Counted from the stretch's first letter, positions 45,589 through 60,525 are shown. The stretch is DNA of 64,000 bases from Paraspadella gotoi (GCA_051294375.1 CM119270.1:13740036-13804035), one strand, 5' to 3'. The notes: generated by a model not told the origin, from the letters alone. Translations and numbers: made by a program.

Positions 45589-48228
45589 GAGAGAGAAGAG
45601 AGAGAGAGAGAGAGAGACGAGAGAGAGAGAGAGAGAGGAGAGAGAGANNNNNNNNNNNNNNNNNNNNNNNNNGAGAGAGAGAGCCGTTACGATTACGCGC
45701 GAGGGAATTGAAACTGACTTTGATTGTTACTGGGAGAACGAGGCGCACGCCTAATTAAAGAAAGAAATCTCTTTGTCTCCGGTGATAGTTGTGACCCTGT
45801 GACAAACCCTGTCGCAGTTAAGCTAATGTGCGTAGGTAGTTATTTTTAGTACGAAACTCGAACAAAATCCTGCCAGGTGACGATTGGGAAAAAATGTTCT
45901 TATTGTGTTCGAGAGTGTTTGGAGCTTTTTGCTTTTCGAGAGCCATTGTATTTGCTGTAGATAAGAATAAAGGAAAAAATAAATGAAAAAAAAACAACAA
46001 AAACTCGTTTTGGTTCTTTTGTTTTGTTTTGTTTTGGTTTTTTTTTTAGTTAAAGCCATTGCTTATGAGATAGAATGAGAGAGGCATTAGTTTTTTGAAA
46101 AAATCGTAATTTCGAAACTAACAAACTAAGGCATTTTTTTTAGCATTTGTCACTTTTAAAAGTTTAACTATTCCACGATGCGAAACTCTGGTACGTATTT
46201 TTGACAAATAAGGAATTTGAGAGACCCGAAGCTTTGAAGAGAAGATCGCGCGATAAGGAAAACGGAAAAATCTCGAAGTCGAACTCTTCGCTCATTCGCA
46301 CACTTTTTACAAACTCGAAAAAAAAAAAAGTTTGAAATTTAACTCGAAGATTAATAAGGTTAAATGGAAAACTTGGTCACGCTCGAACGCAACCTGCATC
46401 GTCACATCGTCGAGAACGACGACGATAATCGAAAGATGTTGTTGTTGTTGTCACGATGCGTGATCGACAATGCGCCCACATCTGAATCTCACGGGGAATT
46501 TCGATGTCCCGCGTCGCATTGTCCCGACATCTGCTGTTGACGTTCCTCTGCCCAGGAACCTCGTCCCTGCCCAGGTCGTTCACTCTCATTCCTGCACGGA
46601 TTCGTTCTGCTTCCCTGCCCATCAGTTATGCTTCCTAACCCAAGCAGTTGTCTTTTCCCATATATATGCGATTCTGTTCTGCTTCCCCGCCCGGTCGGTA
46701 TCTCATTCGCTTGCCGGTCGCCGCCGCCGCCGACGCCCGACCATCCCTTACCCGGATCTTGGAGGCCTCACCCGCCCATCCCCGCCCTACCTCCCCCCTG
46801 GCCACCGCCCCGCGTATCTTTTAATCGAATTTAGCGTCGTTCGCTCCGTCGCTCCTTCATAATGGACTCCTTCATCCCCCACCTGTCGACGGGAGCGCAA
46901 ACAACAAAATAAAAGATGAAAAAAAAAACGAGGAACAAAAGACGAAATCTTCAGTTTTTTTTTGTTTTGCTTTTTTTTTTGTTCCATCGAAATGCTTTTC
47001 GCTTTTTTTTTTCCTTTTTCCTTTTCTACATTTTTGCAGGTTTTTTTTCTTTTTTTTGTTCTTGTTTTCGTCTTTCTGTCTTTTTTTTCTTTTTCCCTCT
47101 CTTTCGTTCAGTTTCTTTTTTTCTTTATTTCTCCTTCTTTTTATATACCTTTCCTTTCTTTCTTTCTTTCTTTCTTTCTTTCTNNNNNNNNNNNNNNNNN
47201 NNNNNNNNNNNNNNNNNNNNNNNNNNNNNNNNNNNNNNNNNNNNNNNNNNNNNNNNNNNNNNNNNNNNNNNNNNNNNNNNNNNNNNNNNNNNNNNNNNNN
47301 NNNNNNNNNNNNNNNNNNNNNNNNNNNNNNNNNNNNNNNNNNNNNNNNNNNNNNNNNNNNNNNNNNNNNNNNNNNNNNNNNNNNNNNNNNNNNNNNNNNN
47401 NNNNNNNNNNNNNNNNNNNNNNNNNNNNNNNNNNNNNNNGAGAGAGAGAGAGAGAGAGAGAGAGAAAAGCGGATATTGTGGGTGGACAGGGGTTTTTGAT
47501 TTCGTCTCTTCTGAATTATGTATTTATTTTTAATGTGATTTATTCGAAAAAGTCGGAAATTTCAAATTGACTCGGTGGGGTTTGAACCAACGGTCCCCGA
47601 TTTCAATTTCGGTCTCCAACTCCTCCGCATTCTGTTTAAATTGATCAACGCAAGTTTCTCGTCGTCGTCGTCGTCGTCGAAGTCGTCGTCGTTGTTGTTG
47701 TTATTTTCTTTCTGATTTCTGAGGTTCGATCAACGTGTTGGTCTGTAATTCTCTTAGAACGAATCACATAGATGATCCCACGAACGCTCCCTCAAAAAAT
47801 GACTTCCTAACAAAAAATATGAATATGTTAAATATAATATTTTTATATTGGTTGTACCAATTTCATAATATATGAAACCGATGGATTAAAGTATTTTTAA
47901 TCGCGTGTTTTATTGCTGCGAACATCCCTCTGCCATCAGAACTACAAATATATTAAATAAAACTAACAATTAAATGTATTATTTGAGTAAAATATATTTA
48001 CATTTATAGAATTTTTTTCCAAAACAAAACAAGTAATCATACAGTTTTCGTACTATCATGCATTCTGCGATTTCAACGTTTCTCTCTTTTTTGTTGACAA
48101 CGAAAACGCATTCTCCAATCTTCCCCTTTTGTTTACTTTTTATTCGTGAGAACTTTTTTGTTTGGCCAAGTTTAAAAAAAAAAAACTTTTCAAATTCTAA
48201 AATTGAAATTCTGTGTCGCGTTTCAAAA

Positions 48229-48330
48229 CCGGAAGTGGCGTTTCGCGCGCGCTGACTCACGACGCGATGGCGACGGTCGGCGTTCGCGAGAGGAAAAAAT
48301 GAATGCGCGATCGGCTCGTTAGATGGCGTC
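48229..48330. promoter_or_regulatory. Candidate housekeeping-type promoter (gene not identified)
   Basis: CCGGAAGT (ETS-like) 48229-48236, TTTCGCGC (E2F-like) 48241-48248, TGACTCA 48253-48259 and two ATGGCG (YY1-like) in a CpG-rich patch. Confidence 0.35.
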
Positions 48331-48893
48331 GCGTCGTGTTTCGTAATAGTCTCATGGCAAACTATTTTTATTAATGAGTTTTGATTGAATCAGAATCGTT
48401 TATGGCAATGAACCGAAAATATTGAACACCCTGTCTACTTACTTAAATGTTTGAGTTCTCTAAAAATAAAGTTTGACTCGAATCCGGTCGTCCAAAGTTA
48501 AAATCGTTTCTTCCCGTATTTATTTAACGTTTAACTCGTAACGAGAATTACATGAAGTCGATGTAGTTTTCTTTTCCCCGCGTTTGACGACGACTGCGGG
48601 ATGGACCGGTTTTGTTATGACCCTTCTCTCGCTCTCTCTCTCTCTCTCACTCTTTCCCGCGCTTCGCCTTTGGAGACTTTAATTAACTTTAAAAGGAAAA
48701 AAAGGGGAGAAAAAGGAATCGAACGAATCAAAAGGGGGAAAAAATGAAGAGAAACGGAAAGAGAAATAATGGAAAGAAAAAGAAAAAAGAGAAAGAAAGA
48801 GAAAGAGAGTAAATTTCAAGGATCAAAAAAGAAAGAATAAAAAAACACATTGGTTGATCGTCTGAACAACATGAACATGTCAAACGAGTACGA

Positions 48894-48932
<39 letters not shown>

Positions 48933-48936
48933 GGGG

Positions 48937-48987
<51 letters not shown>

Positions 48988-51900
48988 GAGAGAGAGAAGA
49001 GAGAACAGCGACTGGCCAGTTATTTTCCTATCAAATGCGCGCAGTTCGGAGTTTGCAACATGCGAGCTGCACGAAATTACTTTTCAGGTTGCTTCAAGAC
49101 GATTGGAATAAAACTTAAAATTTCCGCACAGCGTGAGACTGAAACATATCTTCAGTAAAAACTTATCTCTGAGCTGTTTTAACAGGTCCGCAAAATTGCA
49201 GGGTCACAACAACTCCGTACGTGAAAGCAGGAAATCAGCAACGCGTGACGATGAGAGGAAAACCGTGACGGGCGTGGGCCTGACCCGTGACTTTAATTCA
49301 TCGAGTGAGGCCAGAGTGACGAGCGACGGTGAAAGAAAATGGGTAGGTATCGCGTTCGAAACTTCACGACCACCTCGGGTCTCACCGATGGAAGAGATAA
49401 AGGAAGACGGAAGCCGTGAAAGTCACCGATCGTGAAGTGAAATCGTGAAGAGAAATCGTGACTGCACGAGTAAGAGTGGTAAGAGTAAGAGGCCCGGTCA
49501 GGTAAGGGTAGAGGGCCTGGTATGGGTATAGCTAAGTGGCGGGNNNNNNNNNNNNNNNNNNNNNNNNNNNNNNNNNNNNNNNNNNNNNNNNNNNNNNNNN
49601 NNNNNNNNNNNNNNNNNNNNNNNNNNNNNNNNNNNNNNNNNNNNNNNNNNNNNNNNNNNNNNNNNNNNNNNNNNNNNNNNNNNNNNNNNNNNNNNNNNNN
49701 NNNNNNNNNNNNNNNNNNNNNNNNNNNNNNNNNNNNNNNNNNNNNNNNNNNNNNNNNNNNNNNNNNNNNNNNNNNNNNNNNNNNNNNNNNNNNNNNNNNN
49801 NNNNNNNNNNNNNNNNNNNNNNNNNNNNNNNNNNNNNNNNNNNNNNNNNNNNNNNNNNNNNNNNNNNNNNNNNNNNNNNNNNNNNNNNNNNNNNNNNNNN
49901 NNNNNNNNNNNNNNNNNNNNNNNNNNNNNNNNNNNNNNNNNNNNNNNNNNNNNNNNNNNNNNNNNNNNNNNNNNNNNNNNNNNNAATGGGATTAGAAAAA
50001 TGCTCGTAATTGATACTTATTTGAATTTAACTTATACTACCTAAGCATTGCTTAGTAAGCAATAATTCACGTACTAACCGAGAACGAGCATAGACTATTT
50101 AAAATGTTTATAATCCGTAAGTCCGTACGTCTCTCCGGTCGTTTNNNNNNNNNNNNNNNNNNNNNNNNNNNNNNNNNNNNNNNNNNNNNNNNNNNNNNNN
50201 NNNNNNNNNNNNNNNNNNNNNNNNNNNNNNNNNNNNNNNNNNNNNNNNNNNNNNNNNNNNNNNNNNNNNNNNNNNNNNNNNNNNNNNNNNNNNNNNNNNN
50301 NNNNNNNNNNNNNNNNNNNNNNNNNNNNNNNNNNNAAAAAACCACGGGTAAATCCTTGTTTTCCGGCATCGAGCGCGTCCGGGCGTCCGGGCGTCCGACA
50401 GCTAAACCCGGCTCGATCCGTGTACGTGTCCGGCTCGGGCGGATTTGAAAGGTGGCGGCGTTGGCGGCNNNNNNNNNNNNNNNNNNNNNNNNNNNNNNNN
50501 NNNNNNNNNNNNNNNNNNNNNNNNNNNNNNNNNNNNNNNNNNNNNNNNNNNNNNNNNNNNNNNNNNNNNNNNNNNNNNNNNNNNNNNNNNNNNNNNNNNN
50601 NNNNNNNNNNNNNNNNNNNNNNNNNNNNNNNNNNNNNNNNNNNNNNNNNNNNNNNNNNNNNNNGCGGCGGCGGCGGCGGCGGCGGAGGGTTTCGACTTTT
50701 CTAAGGAAATCTCTCTCCAGCGAAAAAGGACTTTCCCTCTTGTCGTCGAGGTGAGAGAAGATTGGGGTAAGTTTAAAAGGGGATGAGGAGAGGAGGAGGC
50801 GAGGTGAGGAAAACGAGGGAGGTGAAGGAAGAGAGATTACTCGGCTCACTTCTTTCTCTTTTTTCTAGAGGTAAGTTCCGAGGTAAGTTCTTCCGCCTTC
50901 CGGAATCACGCGGCGGCCTTTACCGCCGTTCCGACCGCCCCTCACCTCCCCCCCTCCTCAGCAGCATTCTCCTTTTACTCACCCTTCGTCTCGAAATTCG
51001 CTCTTGTTCGTGATGAAGGGAGTTTTACCGTTTGACTATAGTCACAGGGAATAGAATATATCTTTTTTTAGATTATTTTAAGACTATAACATTTAAATGA
51101 CAAAAATGATTAAGATGTTAAAAAGTTTTGCTTTTTCAAAGTTTTATATTTTATTTTATAAAAAAAATTAAAAATATATAATTTCCAAATATATAATATG
51201 TCCAAAGTTAGGGGCCAAGATAGCTGATTTATTAAATAAATGGATAATTTTTATATTGGTAGTACCAATTTCATATAATATTTTTTTTATTTAAAAATAA
51301 GTTTTGATAATGATTTGAAATATAATATCTACCATAATAAACTGTTTAAAATCAGTAAAGACGAAAGCTTATTCATTGAATGAATAAATCATTTTTATAC
51401 ATTGAATCGACATAGACGTCCGTCGGCCACTGGACGGATGAGTCTGTTTTAATTCGTCTTCATCATCGCTGACAAATCTCAATCCTTTCATCTCCAGATT
51501 CTCTCTCACATCTCGAGATCACGCTTCTGTCTCTTCTCCACTTTTCTTCAGTTCTTCGCATCTTTGCTTTCCTCCTTCGCTTTTTATTCTCTCGCCTTTT
51601 GCTCTCCTTCGCTTTTTTCCCCTGATTTTTAATCGCAAAAACTTTTGCCTTTCCTGTGCACTATTGCCATTCCGCTGCAGCTTTTCCTCGATTCCATCTC
51701 TTTTTTTTTCGACCCATTGCTTCCCTTATACTTTTCCTTTTTCTTCCTCGTCTCCTTTTCGATGACATCTTTGGGAGTTAATCCTCTTACCCTTCCTCAG
51801 CCCCCCTCCGCCCCACCGCCCCACCTCTCAACCCCTCCCCTCCGCGTTGCGCCACAATTGACGCGGATTCGTCAAACTCGGCGGAAATCTTCGTCAAATT

Positions 51901-53675
51901 TGGCGGAAACGCTCGTTTGGGATGAGAGAGGAAATCGGGCGGATTTTCTGAAGATCGATTAAGACGAGTTCAGTGACTTTTCGCTCTTTTAGCATAATTT
52001 TAAGTCATTTTAAGTCAGATAATAAATCTCAAATTAAAAAAAATAGTACACATTGGCGTTGATGATATATTATAATAGCTGTGACCGTAAACGTAAAGTG
52101 ATTAAAGATCAGTTCGGATTAACAATCATAACTTTAGTCTGGAATAAAATCGGCGTTCCAGAGAAAAGAGAGAAGATGCACGAGTCTACGATCAGGCGAT
52201 CGAGATCTGCTTATCGGCGCCTGACTATAAATACGACGCCTGACATCGACCGCCGTCTTTCCGTCGTTGGGGCGAAAAATCGCCGTAGCGGAAAGAAGGT
52301 GAGGATAAAGTGTGAGTGTGAGGCGAAGAGAGAGAGAGAGAGATGGCGAGGAGAGAGAAGAGAAGAGCGAGGAGAAGAGGAGAGAGAGGAGAGGAAGAGA
52401 GAGAGAGAGAGAGAGATAGAGAGAACGGAATTCACCTTGGTCCGTGTTGACTTTTACCACTTTTACCTGTTCCGAGAGTTAACAAGTGAACAGACGCAAC
52501 ATTACCTCAAGGGTTGTCAAATGGATTATCCTACTCTCTCTTCATTTTAATCTTCCTTTACCGGCGATATTTATTTTCGCACATATCACCTATGCTCAAT
52601 CGAGATATGAAGCTCTCACGATGAATACATAATCGCTGCTCTCCTCTCTCTCTCTCGTCTCTCCTCTACTCTACTCTCGTGACATACATCGTCCATCTTC
52701 TTTCCTCTCATCGGTCTCTCTCCTCTACTCCGTCTGCCTTTCTTCTCTTCTGATCTCTTTATTCTTTTTTTCTCGGCTTTCTCTGCCTTTTCACTTCTCC
52801 TTTTATACGGTTACTCTCTCCACCACCGCACAGAATTTTCTCTCTTACTGCTTTCTCAATTTATGTCTCTGTTATTCTCTCTAACAAATTTTCCTCTGCT
52901 TGATACCTCCCTCTCATCCTGCTCTGTCTCTCTTCTCTCTCATCCTCTGCTCTCTCTCTCTTTGCTGTTTCTCTCATACTCTTTCTTTATTTTCTTTCTT
53001 TCTTGTCTTTCTTATCTTTCTTGTACTTTTTTCTTTCTTCATTTACATATTCTTTCTTTCTCATCTTCTTCTGCTGTCGTCCTTCTCTCTCTTCTCTAAC
53101 TCTCTCATTCTCTCCGTCTCTCGTCTCTCATGCTCTCCTCTCTCTCTCCTCTCTCTTCTCTCTCTGGGGTGGCCCTCACCGATAAAAATCTTTCCATATT
53201 TCTCATNNNNNNNNNNNNNNNNNNNNNNNNNATTTCTCTCCTTCTCGCCACCCTGTGGTGTCCATAGCGTGGTGCTCCGGTCTCCCGTTCCGACCCATGG
53301 TGCTCCTCTATGTTCTATGGTGATTGGTCATTCATGGTGACGGCGCGCTTCCCCCCTCTCCCCCTCATCCATCAACGGGGGTGAGGGTAGGCCCACCTCA
53401 GAGGACCACACGAGGCGCTAGCGTCGCGAAGATGGAGAGGGGGAAAAAGGACAAGGATAAAGTGAACTGGCGGGAAATTGACATCAACGACGAAACTGGA
53501 AAGCGAGAGTCGACGAAGCGAATGTCATTTGAAAATGATGACTTTAACGCTTATGACTTTTGAACGCGACTCTTTGCAATGTTGATCAATAGTAAAACAG
53601 GGAAACATATAATGTGGCAACCGCCAAGTTTACTTATATAAAATGCTGGAATAAATCCTCTAAATAAAAAAAAAC

Positions 53676-53788
53676 AAATAATGAAAAATAATGAAAAATA
53701 ATAACCAATAATGACAAATATTGACAAATAATGACAAATAAGGATAAATAATGACAAATAATAACCAATACTGACAATAATGACAATG
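53676..53788. repeat. ~11-bp minisatellite (AATAATGACAA-like)
   Basis: About 10 degenerate units aaataatgac/aaataatgaa; mostly missing from the mirror arm near 59990. Confidence 0.75.
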
Positions 53789-54247
53789 ACTCACGCGAAG
53801 ACGAGGCCGACAATGACGAAAAGGAGGAAAAAGACTGATACGAAACGAAAATCTCCATTTTAAAACAACGACAACAAACAGTCATCCTCTTTACAATTCC
53901 CCCCCTCCTCCTCCTCCTCTCCTCTCCCCCCCGCCCAATGACGCGGTGGTTTGTCTCTCGTTACGGGCGTGAAACACTCGGACCTACCGCGTCGAACAAC
54001 GACGACGATGACGACCATAATGACGACGACAATCAGGATAATGACGACGACGACAACCACGTCTCCCTTCCGCTTCTCGGTTCGTTGACTCCGACGGCGT
54101 CAGTGACCGCGATGACAGCAAACGACGTCAAAACGACGTCAAAATAAAGATCGAGTAATTGTTTACCGTCCTCCAGTTTTCGTCTCTAATATTTTCCTTT
54201 TAACAATATCGTTATAATTCCCGTTTGCCATTTTTTCTCTTACAGTA

Positions 54248-54370
54248 TTTTTAGTTGCGCCGCGAGTACTCGCGGAGCAACTCTATAAGTCACTTTTCGG
54301 TCGGTCTGTCGGTCCGTCGGTTGGTATTCCTGTCCATCGATCTGTCCCACTTACGTTGAAAACGCTTATA
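54248..54370 (+). mobile_element. Probable DINE-1/HINE-like (Helentron-associated) non-autonomous element end
   Basis: T-run, near-perfect palindrome AGTTGCGCCGCGAGTACTCGCGGAGCAACT, then CTATAA and a (GTCG/GTCY)n microsatellite; mirrored at ~59370-59495. Confidence 0.45.
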
Positions 54371-57303
54371 ACTTGCTTATAGTTCGTTGCTCATTTGTTA
54401 AAACAGGAAAAAAACCTCAAATCTAAACGACTACTAGCGCCGATTTTTCTTTAAATTAAAGAAATTAAAGAATAAAAGACGTGATTCCGATGCAGAGCGT
54501 ATCGTATATACACGGAAATATAAAGGATAAGAAAGTAAAAAGGATAAGTAATGCGGCGCAACACCTTGGAATAACCGTTCCTTGTTTTTTAAATTGTTTT
54601 TTAATTTTCCTCTTTAACTTTTCTCATTCCGATTTCCAGTTTGATGAATTTCCTTCCCGAGTTTTCTCCTCTCGAACGTTGGCCCCCTTTTTTTTTCATT
54701 CCCAGTATTTTATCCGCCGCCAATTACAAAGTCGTTTCCGCCGCCGCCGCCGCCGCCGCCGCTAATGTCGCTGTCGTCGTCGCCGCCGTTGCCGCCATCG
54801 GCGCCACTAAGGACAAGAGTCTGCCTCTCTTGACGCCCGATCCTCGGTTGCTATGGATCCCGCGTTTTCAACGAGGCCGTTGCCATGGATAATTCACGGC
54901 GCGGACGGAGGACTGCGGACTGCAGACCGCCGAGTGGCCGGGGTGCGGGCTGCGGTGCCGACAGATATTTCAATGGATTTACATTTTTAACCGCATACAG
55001 CGGTATAAATGCCTAAAAATAAAGTATGAATGAAGGTCTCAGGAGCTGAAGGGCAAGGGCAAGTGTTATTTAACCAAGACACGACACACATCTCCATCTC
55101 TTCTCTCTTCCCGCCTCTCTCCATCTCTCTCTCCAGCTCTCTTCATCTCTCTCTCGCGTCCTCTCTTGTCTCGTCTCTCATCTCCATCCTCTCTCTCATT
55201 CTCTCTCATCATCTCATCTCGCCTCTTCTCTTCTCACTTATCCTTTTCGATCTTTCTCTGCCTTTGGATTGACCAATCACGAATCAATGTATATTGTTTT
55301 GTTTCATTTCTCATAGACAATATTCGAGCAGCGACTTTCTCTCTCGTCGTCTCTCGCATCTCTCTCTCTCCTCTCCTCTCTCTCCTCTATCCTCTCTCTC
55401 TCTCGTCCTCATCTCTCCTCTCTCTCTCTCTCATCTCAATCTCTCTCCCCTCTCTCTCTCGCTATGGATATTCTGGGTTATTGCCGTGTCATCCTCACTC
55501 CAGACTTCGAGCGAGGATTTGCAATCCGCAATTTCCTGCATTCGGGAGGTCTCCGAGATTTGTCTTCACAGCGATCGGCTGAGCAAAATCTTGCTAAAAT
55601 CTCACCCGAATGTAAAACTTTAATTCAACTAATATGGGAAAAGAAAAAAATTCAAGATAGACAGGATAAATAATCGGATCTTAATAGGATTTTGAGGGTT
55701 AAAAATAAAAAGGAAATATTAAAATAAAAGAAAAGATTAAAAGAAAATAAAAAAAAAAAAAAAAGAATAGAACTTCAATTTTAGAAATTTTTGCCAAGTC
55801 ACGAGTTTCCCAAGAAAGTCGACCAACGATCCTCTGTTCCCTCTCACCCTCAGTGTTTTTCTTTACGCCATCTCTCTCTCTCTCTCGCTCTCTCTGCTCT
55901 CCTCTCTCTCTACTCCTCTCACATTCTCTCTCTCTCAGTCTCCCTCGTCTCATATCTCCGCCGCACCATCGCATCTCCTTCTCCTCTCTCCCTCTCTCAC
56001 ATCTATTCGTCCTCTGGTTTCCAATCGGATTTTGTCACAAGACTTTCCTCCTTTCACGCCGTGAAGATAGTTGTTGTTCCAGGCGAAACATGTATCTGAC
56101 CGATTTTCCCCCGGTCGTACGGTTGGTCGATTCGTCACATCATCTTCCGCAGAAGGGGCCGTCTTCATAACAAACCTGCCCACCTGCCGCCCTCCCTCAG
56201 TCGCATTCTCTTCTCTTCGTTAAAATCCGTCCGTCGCTCGTCGTCGTCGTCTGTCGTCGATCGTCGCGTCGTAGATCGCGTCGTCGTCGTCGTCGTCGTG
56301 CGGTCGGTCAAAGGAAGGAGACGGGCCGAAAATTTTTTATCTCAAGAACTTTTTTTTTGGTGGGGATCCGACTGTCGTGAGAGCAATAGAGAAAATGCAT
56401 AAGAGAGGAAGAGATTAGAGAGAGAGAGAGAGAGAAAGATAAGCAAAAGAGAGAAAGATAATGAAAGAAAAAGAAAGAAAAGAAAGAAAGAAAAAAGACA
56501 AAGACAAGAAAGAAAGAGACAGAAAAAGAGAAAGAAAGAAAGAAAGAAAGAAGAAAGAAAGAAAAGAAAGAACGGAAATTTAAAAAATATAAAATATGAT
56601 TGAACAAAAAGCCAAAAACGTAAAAAACGGCTGCGCTCTCTTTCTCTCTCTCTATCTGTCCTCCTCTCTCCAGCTCTCTCTCTCTCCTCAACTCATCATC
56701 TCTCATCCTCTCTCTCATCTCTCTCTCAGGTAGATTGGCTTNNNNNNNNNNNNNNNNNNNNNNNNNCTCTCTCTCTCTCTCTCGCTCTGGATATCGGGTT
56801 TTGGCTCATCCTCACTCCAAGACTTCGAGGATTTGCAATCCGAGATTCTGCATTCGAGGGTCCGAGATTTGTCTTCCACGATCGGCTGAGAATCTTGTAA
56901 ATCTCCCGAATGTAAACTTTATCAACTAATTGGGAAGAAAAGATAAGATAGACAGATAATCGGATCTAATAGANNNNNNNNNNNNNNNNNNNNNNNNNNN
57001 NNNNNNNNNNNNNNNNNNNNNNNNNNNNNNNNNNNNNNNNNNNNNNNNNNNNNNNNNNNNNNNNNNNNNNNNNNNNNNNNNNNNNNNNNNNNNNNNNNNN
57101 NNNNNNNNNNNNNNNNNNNNNNNNNNNNNNNNNNNNNNNNNNNNNNNNNNNNNNNNNNNNNNNTTTGTCAACAAGACTTTCCTCCTTTCACCGTGAAGTT
57201 GTTCCAGCGAAACATCTGCCGATTTTCGTCGTCGTTGTCGTCGTCATCATCTCCCAGAAGGCGTCTCATCACCTGCCGCCCTCTCGTCGCTTCTTCTTCG
57301 TTA

Positions 57304-57334
<31 letters not shown>

Positions 57335-57485
57335 NNNNNNNNNNNNNNNNNNNNNNNNNTTCGGCGACAGAGAAGATTACAGGACGACGAGGCGAACAGT
57401 TCCAAGTCGGAGACAGACGACGTAAGTATAGTTTATTTGGCAGATAGAGAGAGGGAGAGAGAGAGAGAGAGAGAAGAGAGAGAGA

Positions 57486-57533
<48 letters not shown>

Positions 57534-58489
57534 AAGAGAGCAGCGTTTTTTACGGTTTTTGCTTTTTTGTTCAATCAATTTTTATATTTTTAAATTTTTT
57601 TCCGTCTTTCTTTTCCTTTCTTGTTTTCTTTCTTTCTTTCTTTCTTCTTTCTTTCTTTTGCTTTCTTTTTTCTTTCTTCTTTCTTGTCTTTCTTCTTTCT
57701 TTTTTTTCTTCTTTTTCTTTCTCCTTTTCTCTCTCTCTTCTCTCTCTCTTCTCTTCTCTCCTCTTCTCTTATGCATTCATGGTCTCACGAAGTCGATCCA
57801 CAAAAAAAAAGTCTGAGAAAATTTTCGGCGTCGTCCTTCTTGAGAGACGACGACGACAACAACGATAAGAAGAAGAAGCGACGAGAGGCGGCAGGTGGAT
57901 GAGACGCTTCTGGGAGATGATGACGACGAAACGACGAGAATGCAGATGTTTCGCTGGAAAAACTTCATCGGTGAAAGGAGGAAAAGTCTTGTTGACAAAA
58001 CCGATGGAAGAGAGAAAGAGAGAGGGGAGAGAGAGGAGGAGAGAGAGAGAGAGAGGAGAGAGAGAGGAGATGAGAGATGATGATAGAGAGAGAGAGAGTA
58101 TGAGAGAGAGGAGAAGAAAAATAGAGTGTGAAAGGGACAGTAGCGTCGAACGGGAACTCGTGATTGCAAAATTCCTAAAATTGAGTTCTACTCTTTTTTT
58201 ATTTCTTTTGTTTCATCTCGACTTCTTATTAATTCTTTTTATTTTACCTCAAATCTATTAGAATCGGATAAATCTGTCTATCTTATCTTTTTTTTCCCAA
58301 TTAGTTTGCAATAAAGTTTACATTCGCGAGAATTTAACAAGATTCTCAAGCCGATCGTGGAAGACAAAATTCGGACCTCGAATCAGATCTCGGAATTGCA
58401 AATCTCGAAGGTCTTGGAGTGAGGATTGAGCCAAAACCGATTCCAGAGCGAGAGAGAGAGAGAGAAGAGAGAGCAGAGAGAGAGAGAGA

Positions 58490-58522
<33 letters not shown>

Positions 58523-58597
58523 AGGCGATATTGTCATGAAGAAAGACAATATCAATACAGATCGGAGGTAATCAATAGGCAGAAGATCGAAAAGAAG

Positions 58598-58640
<43 letters not shown>

Positions 58641-60435
58641 AAGAGAGAGGAGAGAGAGAGAGCGAGAGAGGAGAGAGAGAAGAAGAGAGAGAGACTCATT
58701 CATACTATTTAGGCTTTTATCCGCTGTATGCGGTTAAATGTAAATCCTTGAAATTCTGTCGGCACGCAGTCGCACGCCGGCCACTCGGCGGCTGCAGTCC
58801 GCCAGTCATCCGTCCCGGCCGTGAATTATCCATGGCAACGGCCTCGTTGAAAAGCGGATCCATAGCAACGAGGATCGGGCGTCAAGAGAGGCAGACTCTT
58901 GTCTTAGTGGCGCGATGGCGGTGACAGTGGGCGACGACAGACATGAGGATTAGCGCGGTGGCGGTGGCGGCGGCGGCGGGGCGGCGCGCGGCGGCGGCGG
59001 CGGCGCGGGCTGGAAACGACTTTGTAATTGGCGGGGATAAAATACTGGACTGAAAAAAAAAAGGGTACGTTCGAGAGGAGAAAACTGGAAGGAATTCATC
59101 AAACTGGATCGGAATGGAAAAGTTAAAGAGGAAAATTAAAAAACAATTTAAAAAACAAGGAACCGGTTATTCCAGGTGTTGCGCCGCATTACTTCGCTTT
59201 TTAACCTTTCTTTATTCCTTATATTTCCGTGTATATCGATACGCCTCTGCCATCGGAATCACGTTTTTATTTCTTTAATTTCTTTATTTAAAGAAAAATC
59301 GGCGCTAGTAGTCGTGTTAGATTTGAGGTTTTTTTTCCGTGTTTTAACAAATGGCAACGAGACTATAAGCAGTTTAAGCGTTTTCAACGTAAGTGGGACA
59401 AGATCGTGGACAAGGAATGCCAACCGAGCGGAGCGACAGACCGACCGAAAGTGACTTATAGAGTTGCTTGCCGCGAGTACTGCGGCGCAACTACTCAATC
59501 TGTAGAGAAAAAAGGAAAACGGGAATTATATACGAAATTTTGTTAAGAAATTAATTATAGACAGAAAACTGGAGGACGGGTAAAACAATTATCGATCTTT
59601 TATTTTGAACGTGTTTTGACGTCGTTTGCTTGTCATCGCGGTCCTGACGCCGTCGGAGTCAACTGAACGAGAGCGGAAGGGAGACGTGGTTGTGTCGTCT
59701 GTCATTAATTCCTGATTGTCGTCGTCATTATGGTCGTCATCGTCGTGTTGTTGACGTGGTAGGTCGAGTTTTCCACGCCCGTAACGAGAGACAAAACCGC
59801 GTCATTGGGCGGGGGGGAGAAGAGGAGGAGGAACGGGGGGGAATTGTAAAGAGGATCGACTGTTTTGTTGTCGTTGTTTTAAAATGGAGATTTCGTTTTC
59901 GTATTCAGTCTTTTTTCCATCCTTTTCGTCATTGTGGCCTCGTCTTCGTTGTGAGTCATTGTCATTATTGGTCAGTCTTTGGTAATTATTGGCGGGTTTG
60001 CCTACTTATTTTCTCCCCTGTTTTTTACTATTGATCACATTGCAAGCGTCGCGTTAAGCGTTAATAAAGCGTTAAGTCAATCATTTCAAATGACATTTGC
60101 TTGTCGACTTCCGCTGTCAGTTTCGTCGTTGATGAAATTTCCCCGCCAGTTCACTCTATCCATGTCTGAGGGAAATTGTCCTCTTCCCTCTCCATCTTCG
60201 CGACGTAGCGCTGTGTGGTCCTCTGAGGTGGGCCTACCTCACGCCCGTTGATGGATGAGGGGGAGAGGGGGAAGCGCGGCCGTACCAGAATGACCAATAC
60301 CATAGAAATAGAGGAGCACATGGTCGGAACGGGCAGAACCGGGAGCACCCCACGCAATGGAACACCACAGGGTCGGCGAGAAGGAGAGAAATAGGAAGAT
60401 TTGTATGGGAGGCCACCAGAACGAGAGAGAGGGAG

Positions 60436-60467
<32 letters not shown>

Positions 60468-60525
60468 AGAGAGAAAGAAAGAAAGAAAGAAAGAAAGAAG
60501 AAAGAAGAAGAAAGATAAGAAAGGA

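Larger units (their letters stand above)
36021..57359. other. Region containing ten assembly gaps
   Basis: Exactly 25-N gaps at 36021-36045, 45648-45672, 53207-53231, 56742-56766 and 57335-57359; longer gaps at 47184-47439, 49544-49984, 50145-50335, 50469-50663 and 56974-57163. Confidence 0.95.

Noticed and set aside
46363-46862. GC-rich possible exons
   Set aside because: No recognisable domain and no consistent splice sites.
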